From an uncultured beta proteobacterium (lineage in GTDB: Bacteria > Pseudomonadota > Gammaproteobacteria > Burkholderiales > SG8-41), in NCBI GenBank assembly GCA_903893565.1, contig CAITMU010000068.1, positions 58,066 to 122,065 on the forward strand: a DNA stretch of 64,000 bases, written 5' to 3'. Made by a program: the position numbers and the translations under genes. The notes beneath the pieces were generated by a model, which saw only the letters and a list, made by a program, of their open reading frames with translations, did not search any database and had not been told where the DNA came from. Each line of letters begins with the position of its first letter. The stretch's first letter is position 1. Of the stretch, positions 19,134-27,937 are shown in pieces.

Positions 19134-20168
19134 CTAACGCGAAGGGTTATTGATTGAATTAAGCCGCTTCCATTGAATAATATCTTTATCAATGATGGAA
19201 GCAAATTGTTGGGGTGTACTGGCCACGGTATCTACACCGATTTCAATCAGCGTTTGTTGGGTTTCTTGACTTTGAAGTGTACTGGCAAATCCGGCATTGA
19301 GTTTATTAATGATGGCTAAGGGTGTTTTGGCTGGTGCCACGAGACCATACCAGATAGTGACATCAAAACCGGGGACCCCCGCTTCAGCGATGCTAGGAAT
19401 GTCGGGCAGTAGAGAAAAACGTTTGGCACTGCTAACCGCAATCGCCCGCAATCGGCCGCCTTTGATATGTGCTGAAGTTTGAGCAAAGCCAGCAAATGAG
19501 GTTTGTACGTGACCGGCGATTAAATCGGTGATACCGACAGCCCCTTTGTAAGGCACGAGTAAAATGTTAACGCCAGCTACCGTATTGAATAATTCAGCCG
19601 TGCTTTGAATGGCACTGCCTGGACCGGCTGTGGCGCTAGAAATTTGTCCTGGTTTGGATTTAGCCAAAGCAATAAACTCTTTAAGATTGTGAGCTTGGAC
19701 GGAGGGGTGTATCACCAGCAGATAAGGGGTGGAAACGGCTAAAGTAATGGGGGCAAAGTCCTTTTTAACATCATAGGGGAGCTTGGCGGCAGTGCTGGGC
19801 TGCATGGCAAAGCTTGAGGACACAAAAAATAACGTATAGCCATCGGCGGGGGCATGTGCTGTGATTTCCGCGGCTACCATACCAGCCGCTCCAGCCCGAT
19901 TATCTATGACAAAGGACTGCCCCCAGGTCTCTCCTAGTTTTTTCCCCACGATGCGTGCGACGACATCACTCGTGCCCCCTGGAGTAAAGCCAACCAAGAG
20001 GCGAATCGAGCGGTTGGGATAGTGGGAGTCCTTAACGCTCGCCTCAAGATAGCAGGACGAAAGGCCCAAAAGACTTAAAAAAAGGAACTGACAAAGCCAG
20101 CGAAAGGATTTCACGATGTAGGCGCTCTTAGCAAACGGGTTTGGGGACTCACGGAGTAGATGATACAC
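19134..20168 (-). CDS. Bug/TctC-family substrate-binding protein
   Basis: Motifs YPNRSIRLLVGFTPGGTSDVVAR, ADGYTLF, VPYKGA and TIWYGLVAP. The GTG start at 20168 is uncertain. Confidence 0.8.
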   Translation of the reverse strand: MYHLLRESPNPFAKSAYIVKSFRWLCQFLFLSLLGLSSCYLEASVKDSHYPNRSIRLLVGFTPGGTSDVVARIVGKKLGETWGQSFVIDNRAGAAGMVAAEITAHAPADGYTLFFVSSSFAMQPSTAAKLPYDVKKDFAPITLAVSTPYLLVIHPSVQAHNLKEFIALAKSKPGQISSATAGPGSAIQSTAELFNTVAGVNILLVPYKGAVGITDLIAGHVQTSFAGFAQTSAHIKGGRLRAIAVSSAKRFSLLPDIPSIAEAGVPGFDVTIWYGLVAPAKTPLAIINKLNAGFASTLQSQETQQTLIEIGVDTVASTPQQFASIIDKDIIQWKRLNSINNPSR

Positions 20169-20234
20169 AGTTTAGCGCTGGATGAGCCCCAGTGATCAAG
20201 CGGAGAGAGGACTTGGGCTACATGAAGGTATAAA

Positions 20235-21272
20235 ATGAAAGGAATAAAAAAGTATGCAGATCATGAAATAATGAATCCTACTCTGGACAGACCAATGACT
20301 TTGAGGCGAGTGGCAGGTATTTTGATCGGCGGCTTCATCGCAGGGTGGCTCCACATGGGGGTTTCTGTGTGGGCTCAAGATTTTCCGATTCGTGCCGTTA
20401 GAGTGGTCCTGCCCTTCGCACCCGGCGGGGGGACGGACATTTTGGCGCGCGCTTGGGGGCAGAGGATGCAGGAGCTGACCGGTCAGAGTTTTGTGGTGGA
20501 TAATCGTGCCGGCGCTGGTGGTAATATTGGGGCGGAATTGGTGGCGCGTAGTGCCAATGATGGATATACCGTGTTATTTACCACGTCGGCCATTGCCGCC
20601 AATGTGAGTCTTTATCCAAAATCGACTTTTGATCCCCGTAAAGATTTGATTGCGGTAACGCAAATCGGCTCGGCCCCTTCGTTGTTGACCGTTCATCCCT
20701 CAGTTCCGGTTAAAAAAGTGCCTGATTTAGTGGCTTTATCCAAAGCAACCCGTGGGGGATTAAATTTTGGTTCTAATGGTGTGGGCACCTCGAGTCATTT
20801 GGTAGGAATTATGTTTCAGCAAGTCACGGGGGCTAAGATGACGCATATCGCTTACAAAGGTGCCGCTCCAGCGATCAATGCCGTCATGTCGGGGGAAACA
20901 GAAATAGCGTTTCCAGGCGTTAATAGTGCCGCACCCTTTTTAAGACTAGGAAAAATTCGCGGCATTGCCGTGAGTACTAAGCAGCCTTCTTCAGCATTGC
21001 CCCAAGTGCCGACATTGGATTCTTTTTATCCTGGCTTTGATAATGCTAATTGGTTTGTTCTTTTCGTGCCAACCGCAACGCCAGCTTTTATCGTGGCGCG
21101 ATTTTATAACGAAACCGTAAAGAGTTTGCAGCACCCTGAGATGAAGAAATTTATGGCACGTGAAGGTGCGGATGTGGTTGGAAGTTCGCCAGCAGAGGCG
21201 AATCAATTTTTTATCAACGAAGTCAATAAGCTTGGCGCCATTATTAAAATCGCTGGCATTAAAGCGGAGTAA
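20235..21272 (+). CDS. Bug/TctC-family substrate-binding protein
   Basis: Motifs FPIRAVRVVLPFAPGGGTDILAR, NDGYTVLF, LNFGSNGVGTSSHL, IAYKGAAP and ANWFVLFVP. The start may be M21 at 20295. Confidence 0.8.
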   Translation: MKGIKKYADHEIMNPTLDRPMTLRRVAGILIGGFIAGWLHMGVSVWAQDFPIRAVRVVLPFAPGGGTDILARAWGQRMQELTGQSFVVDNRAGAGGNIGAELVARSANDGYTVLFTTSAIAANVSLYPKSTFDPRKDLIAVTQIGSAPSLLTVHPSVPVKKVPDLVALSKATRGGLNFGSNGVGTSSHLVGIMFQQVTGAKMTHIAYKGAAPAINAVMSGETEIAFPGVNSAAPFLRLGKIRGIAVSTKQPSSALPQVPTLDSFYPGFDNANWFVLFVPTATPAFIVARFYNETVKSLQHPEMKKFMAREGADVVGSSPAEANQFFINEVNKLGAIIKIAGIKAE

Positions 21273-21277
21273 ATGTT

Positions 21278-22273
21278 TTGAAAAAACAAAGATGGGTTAT
21301 TTTAGAAGGCAAGGGCCTTATCGTCAAAATCCTGCTGGCGGGTTTTTTTGCGGCGTTATCTTCCGTTGCAATAGGGCAAGCTTACCCTCAAAAGCCTGTG
21401 CGTATTATTGTGGCAGCGGCTCCTGGCGGTGGTACTGATTTTGTGGGTCGCTTGATCGCTTCAAAATTAAGTGAATTATTTCCTCAACAGTTTATCGTGG
21501 ATAATCGGCCCGGGGCGGGTAGCATGTTGGGCTTTGAATTGGGGATTAAATCGCCTAATGATGGTTACACCTTAATATTGATTACCCCGAGCTATTCGAT
21601 TAATCCAGCGCTGTATCCCGTTAAATTCGATCCCTTAACCGACTTTACCCCGGTAAGTACGGTTGCTCGCGGTCCGTTGGTGTTAGCGGTGCATCCTTCG
21701 CTGCCTGCAAAAAACATGAAACAGTTCCTGCAATTAACCAAAAAAAATCCTGATCAAATGGTCTATGGCACCAGTGGTCAGGGGGGTATTGTCCATTTGG
21801 CCACTGCGCAATTTTTATATATGGCAGGACTTCGCATGACTCAGGTGCCTTACAAGGGCGGGGGGCCTGCACTCAATGATTTGATTGCTGGGCAAGTCTC
21901 GATGGTTTTCGTGACCCCTCAAGCGGGCCTGCCTCAGGTGAAAGCGGGTCGCATTCGTGCCCTGGCGGTGACTACCGCGGCGCGTTTGCCGGCTGAGCCC
22001 GAAATCCCCACTTTAGCGGAGGCTGGGGTTGCTGGTTATGAAGTCAATAATTGGCACGCCTTGATCGGGCCGAAGGGTTTGGCGCCGATGATTGTTGAGC
22101 CACTTAATGCCGCAGTCAATAAAATCATTCATAAAAAAGAAATGGAGGAGCGGTTGCGTGGTGATGGGGTTTATCCGTTTGAGACTACCCCATCAGAACT
22201 CTTCGAGTTGATTCGTAAAGAGTTGCAAATGTGGCGTCATGTTGTCAAGGTGGCCGACATCAAGATTCAATAG
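21278..22273 (+). CDS. Bug/TctC-family substrate-binding protein
   Basis: TTG start with GGAG 9 nt upstream. Motifs YPQKPVRIIVAAAPGGGTDFVGR, NDGYTL, MVYGTSGQGGIVHL, VPYKGGGP and NNWHALIGP. Confidence 0.85.
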   Translation: MKKQRWVILEGKGLIVKILLAGFFAALSSVAIGQAYPQKPVRIIVAAAPGGGTDFVGRLIASKLSELFPQQFIVDNRPGAGSMLGFELGIKSPNDGYTLILITPSYSINPALYPVKFDPLTDFTPVSTVARGPLVLAVHPSLPAKNMKQFLQLTKKNPDQMVYGTSGQGGIVHLATAQFLYMAGLRMTQVPYKGGGPALNDLIAGQVSMVFVTPQAGLPQVKAGRIRALAVTTAARLPAEPEIPTLAEAGVAGYEVNNWHALIGPKGLAPMIVEPLNAAVNKIIHKKEMEERLRGDGVYPFETTPSELFELIRKELQMWRHVVKVADIKIQ

Positions 22274-22424
22274 CCTTGCTGTCTGCCTAGGTGAGTGTTT
22301 TTTATTAATTCTGTAGGCTAAGAGGGCATGAATTATTTCATCGACATCAAAAAGTAGTTTATTTCAGAATAGCAATTATCGACTTCAATGGTTTTCTGAC
22401 CTTTCGTCGTCGTGGGCCTTTGAG

Positions 22425-23570
22425 ATGGAAAACATTATGCTCAGTTGGTTTATTCTGACTGAAACGCATTCGGTGTTGTGGTTGAGCCTTTATGGATCAT
22501 TACAGTTTATGGGCACGTTGCTAGCCCCCTTTTTTGGCATTGTGGGCCATCATCTAGGCAATAAAAAAGTCTATAGCCTCATGCGGTTAGCCTATTTTTC
22601 TCTGGCGGTCTCAATAGGAGTCTTGATTGTGCTGGGGCAGCTGCATCCCTTGCCGGTATTTGTCATATCCTTTCTAATGGGACTCATACGACCCTCAGAC
22701 CAAGTGCTGCGGCATACCTTGTTGGTGGAGTCGATTGATCCCAAACAATTATCGAGTGCCGCGAGTTTATCCCGTACGACGCAAGACTCGGCTCGTTTGA
22801 TGGGGGCTTTAACGGGTGCTGGTCTAGTGGTGTACTGGGGTATGGGTTTCACCTATATTGGGGTGATCGCATTGTATGCGGTGAGTTGGATTTGGAGTCT
22901 TAAGATTGCGCGCCCTGTGACGCAACGCAATCTTAAGGATGCCACCTTGAGTGTGCCAGCTCTGGCCTTAAGGGATTTGAAGGAGGGGGTTAATTATGTG
23001 AGAAGCTCGCCAGTCTTAAGCTCAGGGATGTGGCTTGCATTTTGGTTAAATCTTACGGTTTTTCCTTTGACTAATGGACTTTTGCCTTATGTGGCTAAAG
23101 AGGTGTATCACTTAAATCAAACGGGTCTGGGATATTGGGTCGCCTGTGTAGCAGGCGGAGCGCTGATTGGTTCGTTAAGTTTCGGACCCTTAAGTCAACG
23201 CCTGCCGTTGGTGCCCTTGATGTTTTGCTCTTCTGCGTTATGGCCTCTTGCGTTAATCGTTTTTGTAAACCTGCCTGGGCCTGAGTGGGCGAGTGTTTTA
23301 TTGGTCATCACCGGTTACGTACAAAGTCAGTGCATGATTCCTCTGACTGTGACATTGCTCAGTCACACGGCTCCCCAACATCGAGGACAGGTCATGGGAT
23401 TGAGGATCTTGATGATCTACGGCATTCCGATCGGTTTAATGATCGCTGGGCCCCTTATCACCCAATTCGGATTTCCGTTTACTGCCACTTTGTATTGCAT
23501 GCTCGCTTTGATCGGAAACGGAAGTATTGCATGGCATTGGTATCGGGGTTGGAGGCGCTCGAAATCATAA
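22425..23570 (+). CDS. MFS transporter, possibly truncated at the N-terminus
   Basis: Polytopic hydrophobic protein with MFS-like periodicity. The ORF opens inside what looks like the second helix, and no in-frame start lies further upstream. Confidence 0.6.
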   Translation: MENIMLSWFILTETHSVLWLSLYGSLQFMGTLLAPFFGIVGHHLGNKKVYSLMRLAYFSLAVSIGVLIVLGQLHPLPVFVISFLMGLIRPSDQVLRHTLLVESIDPKQLSSAASLSRTTQDSARLMGALTGAGLVVYWGMGFTYIGVIALYAVSWIWSLKIARPVTQRNLKDATLSVPALALRDLKEGVNYVRSSPVLSSGMWLAFWLNLTVFPLTNGLLPYVAKEVYHLNQTGLGYWVACVAGGALIGSLSFGPLSQRLPLVPLMFCSSALWPLALIVFVNLPGPEWASVLLVITGYVQSQCMIPLTVTLLSHTAPQHRGQVMGLRILMIYGIPIGLMIAGPLITQFGFPFTATLYCMLALIGNGSIAWHWYRGWRRSKS

Positions 23571-23772
23571 AAAATTGATTGCCGTGAGGATTCGTGGCGA
23601 GCAGGAGTCAGATGAAGCCAGCGTTTGAGGAAAAAACGTGCGTCCCGATAAAATGATTGAGATAATGAGCCTTTTTCGGGCGCTATACGGCTTAAATCCC
23701 ATAGGGTTTAAGGTTCAATGAAAAAAATTGGTATTTTGTTAATAAGATAAAAGATATTCAGGAGAAATCTCT

Positions 23773-24564
23773 ATGTATGAAACACTGATATGGGAAGTAC
23801 GTGAGCACACAGGCATACTGACTTTAAACCGCCCGGATCGTTTAAATGCCATAGATACTGTCATGCGCAAGGAAATTGAATCGCTCATGCGCAAGGTGGA
23901 AGCGGACCCTAATGTTTGGAATATTGTGCTGACAGGTAATGGGCGAGGGTTTTGTTCTGGCGCCGATTTAAAGGCCCGGGATGAAGAAGACAAGACGGGT
24001 AAAGCCAACAGTGCCGCCGCACAACCGATGTTTGAAACTAATTTGTATTATCCCTTGGTATTTGGCGAACTCACAAAGCCGGTGATTGCTGCGGTTAATG
24101 GTGTGACCCGTGGGGCAGGTTGCAATATGGCGTTTTCAGCCGATTTTCGTATTGCTAGCGAAAAGGCTAATTTTGGTTGTAATTTCGTGGATCGTGGATT
24201 GATGGGTGAAATGTCCGCCTTTTACTTGCCACGCATGGTGGGGATGGCTGTTGCTAATGAAATTTGTTTGTTAGGTGAGCCCTTTGATGCGGCGCAAGCC
24301 AAGACGTGGGGATTAGTGAATGCTGTTGTGCCTCATGATCGTTTGCTCGATGAGGCGCTTGCCTTAGCGGCTAAGCTCAGTCGTAAAGCGCCCTTGGCCG
24401 TTCGTATGACGAAGGTGGCCCTGCATCACGCCTTTGACACAACCGCTGAGCATTTTCTTGACATGCAAAATACGATGAACAATAAATTAAGAGCAACGGC
24501 AGACGCAAAAGAAGCCTTGCGTGCTTTTATAGAAAAGCGTCCCGCTCAGTTTAAAGGCGAATAG
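23773..24564 (+). CDS. Enoyl-CoA hydratase/isomerase (crotonase) family protein
   Basis: LNRPDRLNA, GNGRGFCSGADLK and AAVNGVTRGAGCNMA motifs. Confidence 0.8.
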   Translation: MYETLIWEVREHTGILTLNRPDRLNAIDTVMRKEIESLMRKVEADPNVWNIVLTGNGRGFCSGADLKARDEEDKTGKANSAAAQPMFETNLYYPLVFGELTKPVIAAVNGVTRGAGCNMAFSADFRIASEKANFGCNFVDRGLMGEMSAFYLPRMVGMAVANEICLLGEPFDAAQAKTWGLVNAVVPHDRLLDEALALAAKLSRKAPLAVRMTKVALHHAFDTTAEHFLDMQNTMNNKLRATADAKEALRAFIEKRPAQFKGE

Positions 24565-24571
24565 GTCATCG

Positions 24572-24601
24572 CCGTCGATAGTGTTATGCGCCTATCGACG
24601 G
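24572..24601. terminator. Hairpin between convergent crotonase genes (candidate bidirectional terminator)
   Basis: ccgtcgatag (24572-24581) pairs with ctatcgacgg (24592-24601), a 10-bp perfect stem with a 10-nt loop. A second hairpin, ccaccg..cggtgg, follows. Confidence 0.45.
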
Positions 24602-24680
24602 GGACCCACGGGGTAGAGCTGCCACCGAGTTTCACCGGTGGTGGCCTCAGTGCCCCGGGTAGAGAGGGGATAAAGAAAGT

Positions 24681-25481
24681 TTAGCGTCCTTTGAAGACGG
24701 GTTTTCTTTTTTCCATAAAAGCGGTGCGTCCCTCGGCGTAATCTTCACTAGCAAAGCAGTTTTCTACCACGCGCTCACACAGTGCAAGATCCCGATGAGA
24801 TTCGTCTTTGCCCATTTCGCTTAAGCACACTTTCACCGCTTTTAAAGTCAGTGGTGCATTGGCGCTAATGGTTTTGACATATTGAAGTACATAGTTTTCT
24901 AGTTCACTGACGGGTAATACACGGTTGACTAAGCCCATATCTTTGGCTTCTTGAGCGTCGAACTGGCGAGCTGTATAGAAGATTTCAGCGGCATATGCCG
25001 GGCCGACAATGTCATTGAGTCTTTTCAGGGCACTGTATTTGTAGCCGACCCCCAGTTTGCCTGCTGGAACACCGAAGCGAGAATCATCGCTGCAAATCCT
25101 AAGATCACAAGTCAATGCGGTTCCTAATCCCCCTCCCATGCAAAACCCTCTGATCATGGCGATGGTGGGTTTAGTACAAGTGAGTAATTTATGTGCGATG
25201 GTGACCGAGACTTTATTGTATTCGGCGACGGCTTCAGGAGTGGCGCGTCTTTCTTTAAATTCGCTGATATCTGCGCCAGATACAAATGCTTTGTCACCGG
25301 CCCCTTTTAATACGATGGCTCTGACGTTAGTATCCGCGATGAAATCATCAAGGGCGATATCCAACCCTAACCACATATCATAGGACATGGCATTTCTTTT
25401 GGCCGGGTTATTAAAAGTGATCCAACCAGCCCCCCCTTCTTTGTGGGCCTGTAATTTTTCTGTTTTTGTATCAATATTCAT
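24681..25481 (-). CDS. Enoyl-CoA hydratase/isomerase (crotonase) family protein
   Basis: FNNPAKRNAM, GAGDKAFVSGADISEF and AMIRGFCMGGGLG motifs. Confidence 0.8.
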   Translation of the reverse strand: MNIDTKTEKLQAHKEGGAGWITFNNPAKRNAMSYDMWLGLDIALDDFIADTNVRAIVLKGAGDKAFVSGADISEFKERRATPEAVAEYNKVSVTIAHKLLTCTKPTIAMIRGFCMGGGLGTALTCDLRICSDDSRFGVPAGKLGVGYKYSALKRLNDIVGPAYAAEIFYTARQFDAQEAKDMGLVNRVLPVSELENYVLQYVKTISANAPLTLKAVKVCLSEMGKDESHRDLALCERVVENCFASEDYAEGRTAFMEKRKPVFKGR

Positions 25482-25558
25482 GGTTATCCAATGGTCAGGT
25501 TAAAAAAAATACGTGCGTGGGTTTTAGATTGAAGATTTTTGTAGTGGGAGAGAAATAT

Positions 25559-26761
25559 TTACATTTTTTGGCCATCGATGACGATGCCAGCGTCCACCCA
25601 AGCTTTGATTTCCTCAGTGGTGAACCCGGCTTCCTTTAGAATTTCTATCGAATGCTCGCCTTTTTGAGGCGGTTGCTGTCGAATACGGATTTGATGATGT
25701 CCCATTTCTAAGGGCAACGCGGGTAATTTTGCACGTTGACCATCCAGAAATTGTGTTTCCAACATTCTTTCCCCTTGATTTAAGTGAGGGTCCTCAAAAA
25801 GATCGGAAGGTTTAGCCAAAGGGGCAAAGGGGATTTTGAGGGCCTCCAGCACTTGAGCCATCTCTGCAAAGGTATGCGCCCGAGCGATCTGGGCTACCGT
25901 AGGGGCAATACGGTCGTGGGCTGCCGCCCGCTGGGGATTGGTTTTTAGTGAGGGATCTTCTAAAAGAGGATGTAGTTTGAAATGTTCGCAAAATCCCCGC
26001 CAATGATTGTCACTGGTGATACCGATAAATAGTGTTTTTTGGTCAGCCGTGATAAAGGTCTCATAGATAGCCCAAGAGCTTGCTTTATGAGGCATGGGTG
26101 GGGGTTCTTTCCCAGTGACGACTTGGCCGCTCATGTGCTGGGCCACCATATAAGCAGTCGATTCAAAAAGAGCGCTCTGCACTTTTTGTCCTTTTCCTGT
26201 CTGGTCACGTTCGCGAAGTGCGGCCAGTATTCCTACTACGCCGAACATACCACCCATAATATCGACCACCGAAGCGCCTGCCCTGAGTGGCTGACCTCGG
26301 GGCCCGGTCATATAGGCAAGTCCTGCCATATATTGAACCACTTCATCCAGTGCGGGTCTTTTTTCATAGGGTCCAGAAAGAAAACCTTTAAGGCTGCAGT
26401 AAATGAGGCGAGGATTAATTTTTTCCAGAACTTCGTAACTGAATCCGAGTCGATCCAGAGTGCCATAGGCGAAATTTTCAACTAAGACATCGGATTGGGT
26501 TACCAAATGCAAAAAAATTGCTTTACCCGCATCAGTTTTTAAATCAAGGCAGAGGCTACGTTTGTTGCGATTATAAAGGGGGAAGATACCGGCCCCGAAA
26601 CCGACATTATGTCGAGTTCGTTCCCCTTCTAGAGGTTCGACTTTGGTGACGTCCGCGCCTAAGTCTGCCAATACGAGTGCGCAGGAAGGACCCATGACGG
26701 TATGGCCAAGCTCCAGCAGGCGAATACCGTGAAAGGGAAGAGTATGTGGTTTAGGATTCAT
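25559..26761 (-). CDS. Family III CoA-transferase (CaiB/BaiF family)
   Basis: The N-terminal GIRLLELGHTVMGPSCALVLADLGADVTKVEP and the approximately 400-aa length are typical of family III CoA-transferases. Confidence 0.85.
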   Translation of the reverse strand: MNPKPHTLPFHGIRLLELGHTVMGPSCALVLADLGADVTKVEPLEGERTRHNVGFGAGIFPLYNRNKRSLCLDLKTDAGKAIFLHLVTQSDVLVENFAYGTLDRLGFSYEVLEKINPRLIYCSLKGFLSGPYEKRPALDEVVQYMAGLAYMTGPRGQPLRAGASVVDIMGGMFGVVGILAALRERDQTGKGQKVQSALFESTAYMVAQHMSGQVVTGKEPPPMPHKASSWAIYETFITADQKTLFIGITSDNHWRGFCEHFKLHPLLEDPSLKTNPQRAAAHDRIAPTVAQIARAHTFAEMAQVLEALKIPFAPLAKPSDLFEDPHLNQGERMLETQFLDGQRAKLPALPLEMGHHQIRIRQQPPQKGEHSIEILKEAGFTTEEIKAWVDAGIVIDGQKM

Positions 26762-27131
26762 GAGGGTATTTGCGTGGGAGTTTATAGTCTTGCTAGGACT
26801 GAGGTTGAAAAGAAATGAATTACGGAAAAGTTACGTGAAGAAAATCTCCTGAAGCACGGGTTAGCAGTGGTTACTGTAGTAGAGCCAATAGGGTTAATCT
26901 CAGGTGCTTTGGCGGTGGTAAAAGAAGTCCCATGATAGGTTGCCACCATGGAGGCGATGAGACCACCATTATTTCGTTAAAAACGGAATTGTAGACTTTT
27001 GTAAGCTGGGCGTGAACTGTCTTACTCAATCCAGGTCGATCGATTGAATAGAGTAAAATAAGAATCCCCTCGCGGGCATGACTTTTCAAGCAAAGCGTTT
27101 AAGAGAACAAAAAATCAAGGAGAAGTTCAAC

Positions 27132-27896
27132 ATGATGTTTGATTTAACCGGCAAAGTGGCTCTTATTACGGGCTCCACCAAGGGTATTGGCAAGTCGATT
27201 GCAGAAGAAATGGCTAACATGGGGGCCAAAGTGGTTATTTCCAGTCGTAAGGCCGACGCCTGTGAGGCGGTTCAGGCGGAATTTGCGGCCCGCGGCCAGT
27301 CAGCACTCGCTGTGCCTTGCAACGTGGGTGATAAGGCCGCTGTTGAAAGCTTGGTGTCTACGGTTATTCAGCATTGGGGTGGGATTGACATTTTAGTGTG
27401 TAATGCTGCCTCCAATCCTCATTTTGGCCCTTTAGCAACGGCCTCAGATGAAGTCTTTGATAAAATTATGTCCACCAATGTTAAGAGTGTTTTTTGGTTG
27501 GCCAATCGGGTTTTGCCACAAATGGCCGAAAGAGGGGGCGGGGCCATGGTGATCATTTCAAGCATTGGTGCTTTGCGTGGTAGCCAGGTATTGGGCCTTT
27601 ACGGCACTTCCAAAGCGGCTGAGGCGGGCTTGTGTCGCGCGCTTGCTTGTGAATGGGGACCAAAAAACATTCGGGTCAATACGATTTCGCCTGGATTGGT
27701 CAAAACGGATTTTGCTAAGGCGTTATGGTCCGATGAGGCACGCAGAAAATCGCGCGAAGCCAGCACGCCATTACGACGTATCGGAGAGCCTAAGGATATT
27801 GGAGGGGTCGCGGTATTTCTTGCCTCTGAAGCGGGGGCCTTTGTGACGGGACAGATGATCGTTGCTGATGGAGGGGTAACGATTTCGGGTTCTTAG
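27132..27896 (+). CDS. SDR family oxidoreductase
   Basis: ATG at 27132 with AAGGAG upstream. The TGSTKGIGKSIA cofactor motif, NAAS and the YGTSKAA catalytic motif are present. Confidence 0.85.
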   Translation: MMFDLTGKVALITGSTKGIGKSIAEEMANMGAKVVISSRKADACEAVQAEFAARGQSALAVPCNVGDKAAVESLVSTVIQHWGGIDILVCNAASNPHFGPLATASDEVFDKIMSTNVKSVFWLANRVLPQMAERGGGAMVIISSIGALRGSQVLGLYGTSKAAEAGLCRALACEWGPKNIRVNTISPGLVKTDFAKALWSDEARRKSREASTPLRRIGEPKDIGGVAVFLASEAGAFVTGQMIVADGGVTISGS

Positions 27897-27937
27897 CCTA
27901 GGGGCCTGCCCTGATAACTGTCTGATGTGGATACGAG

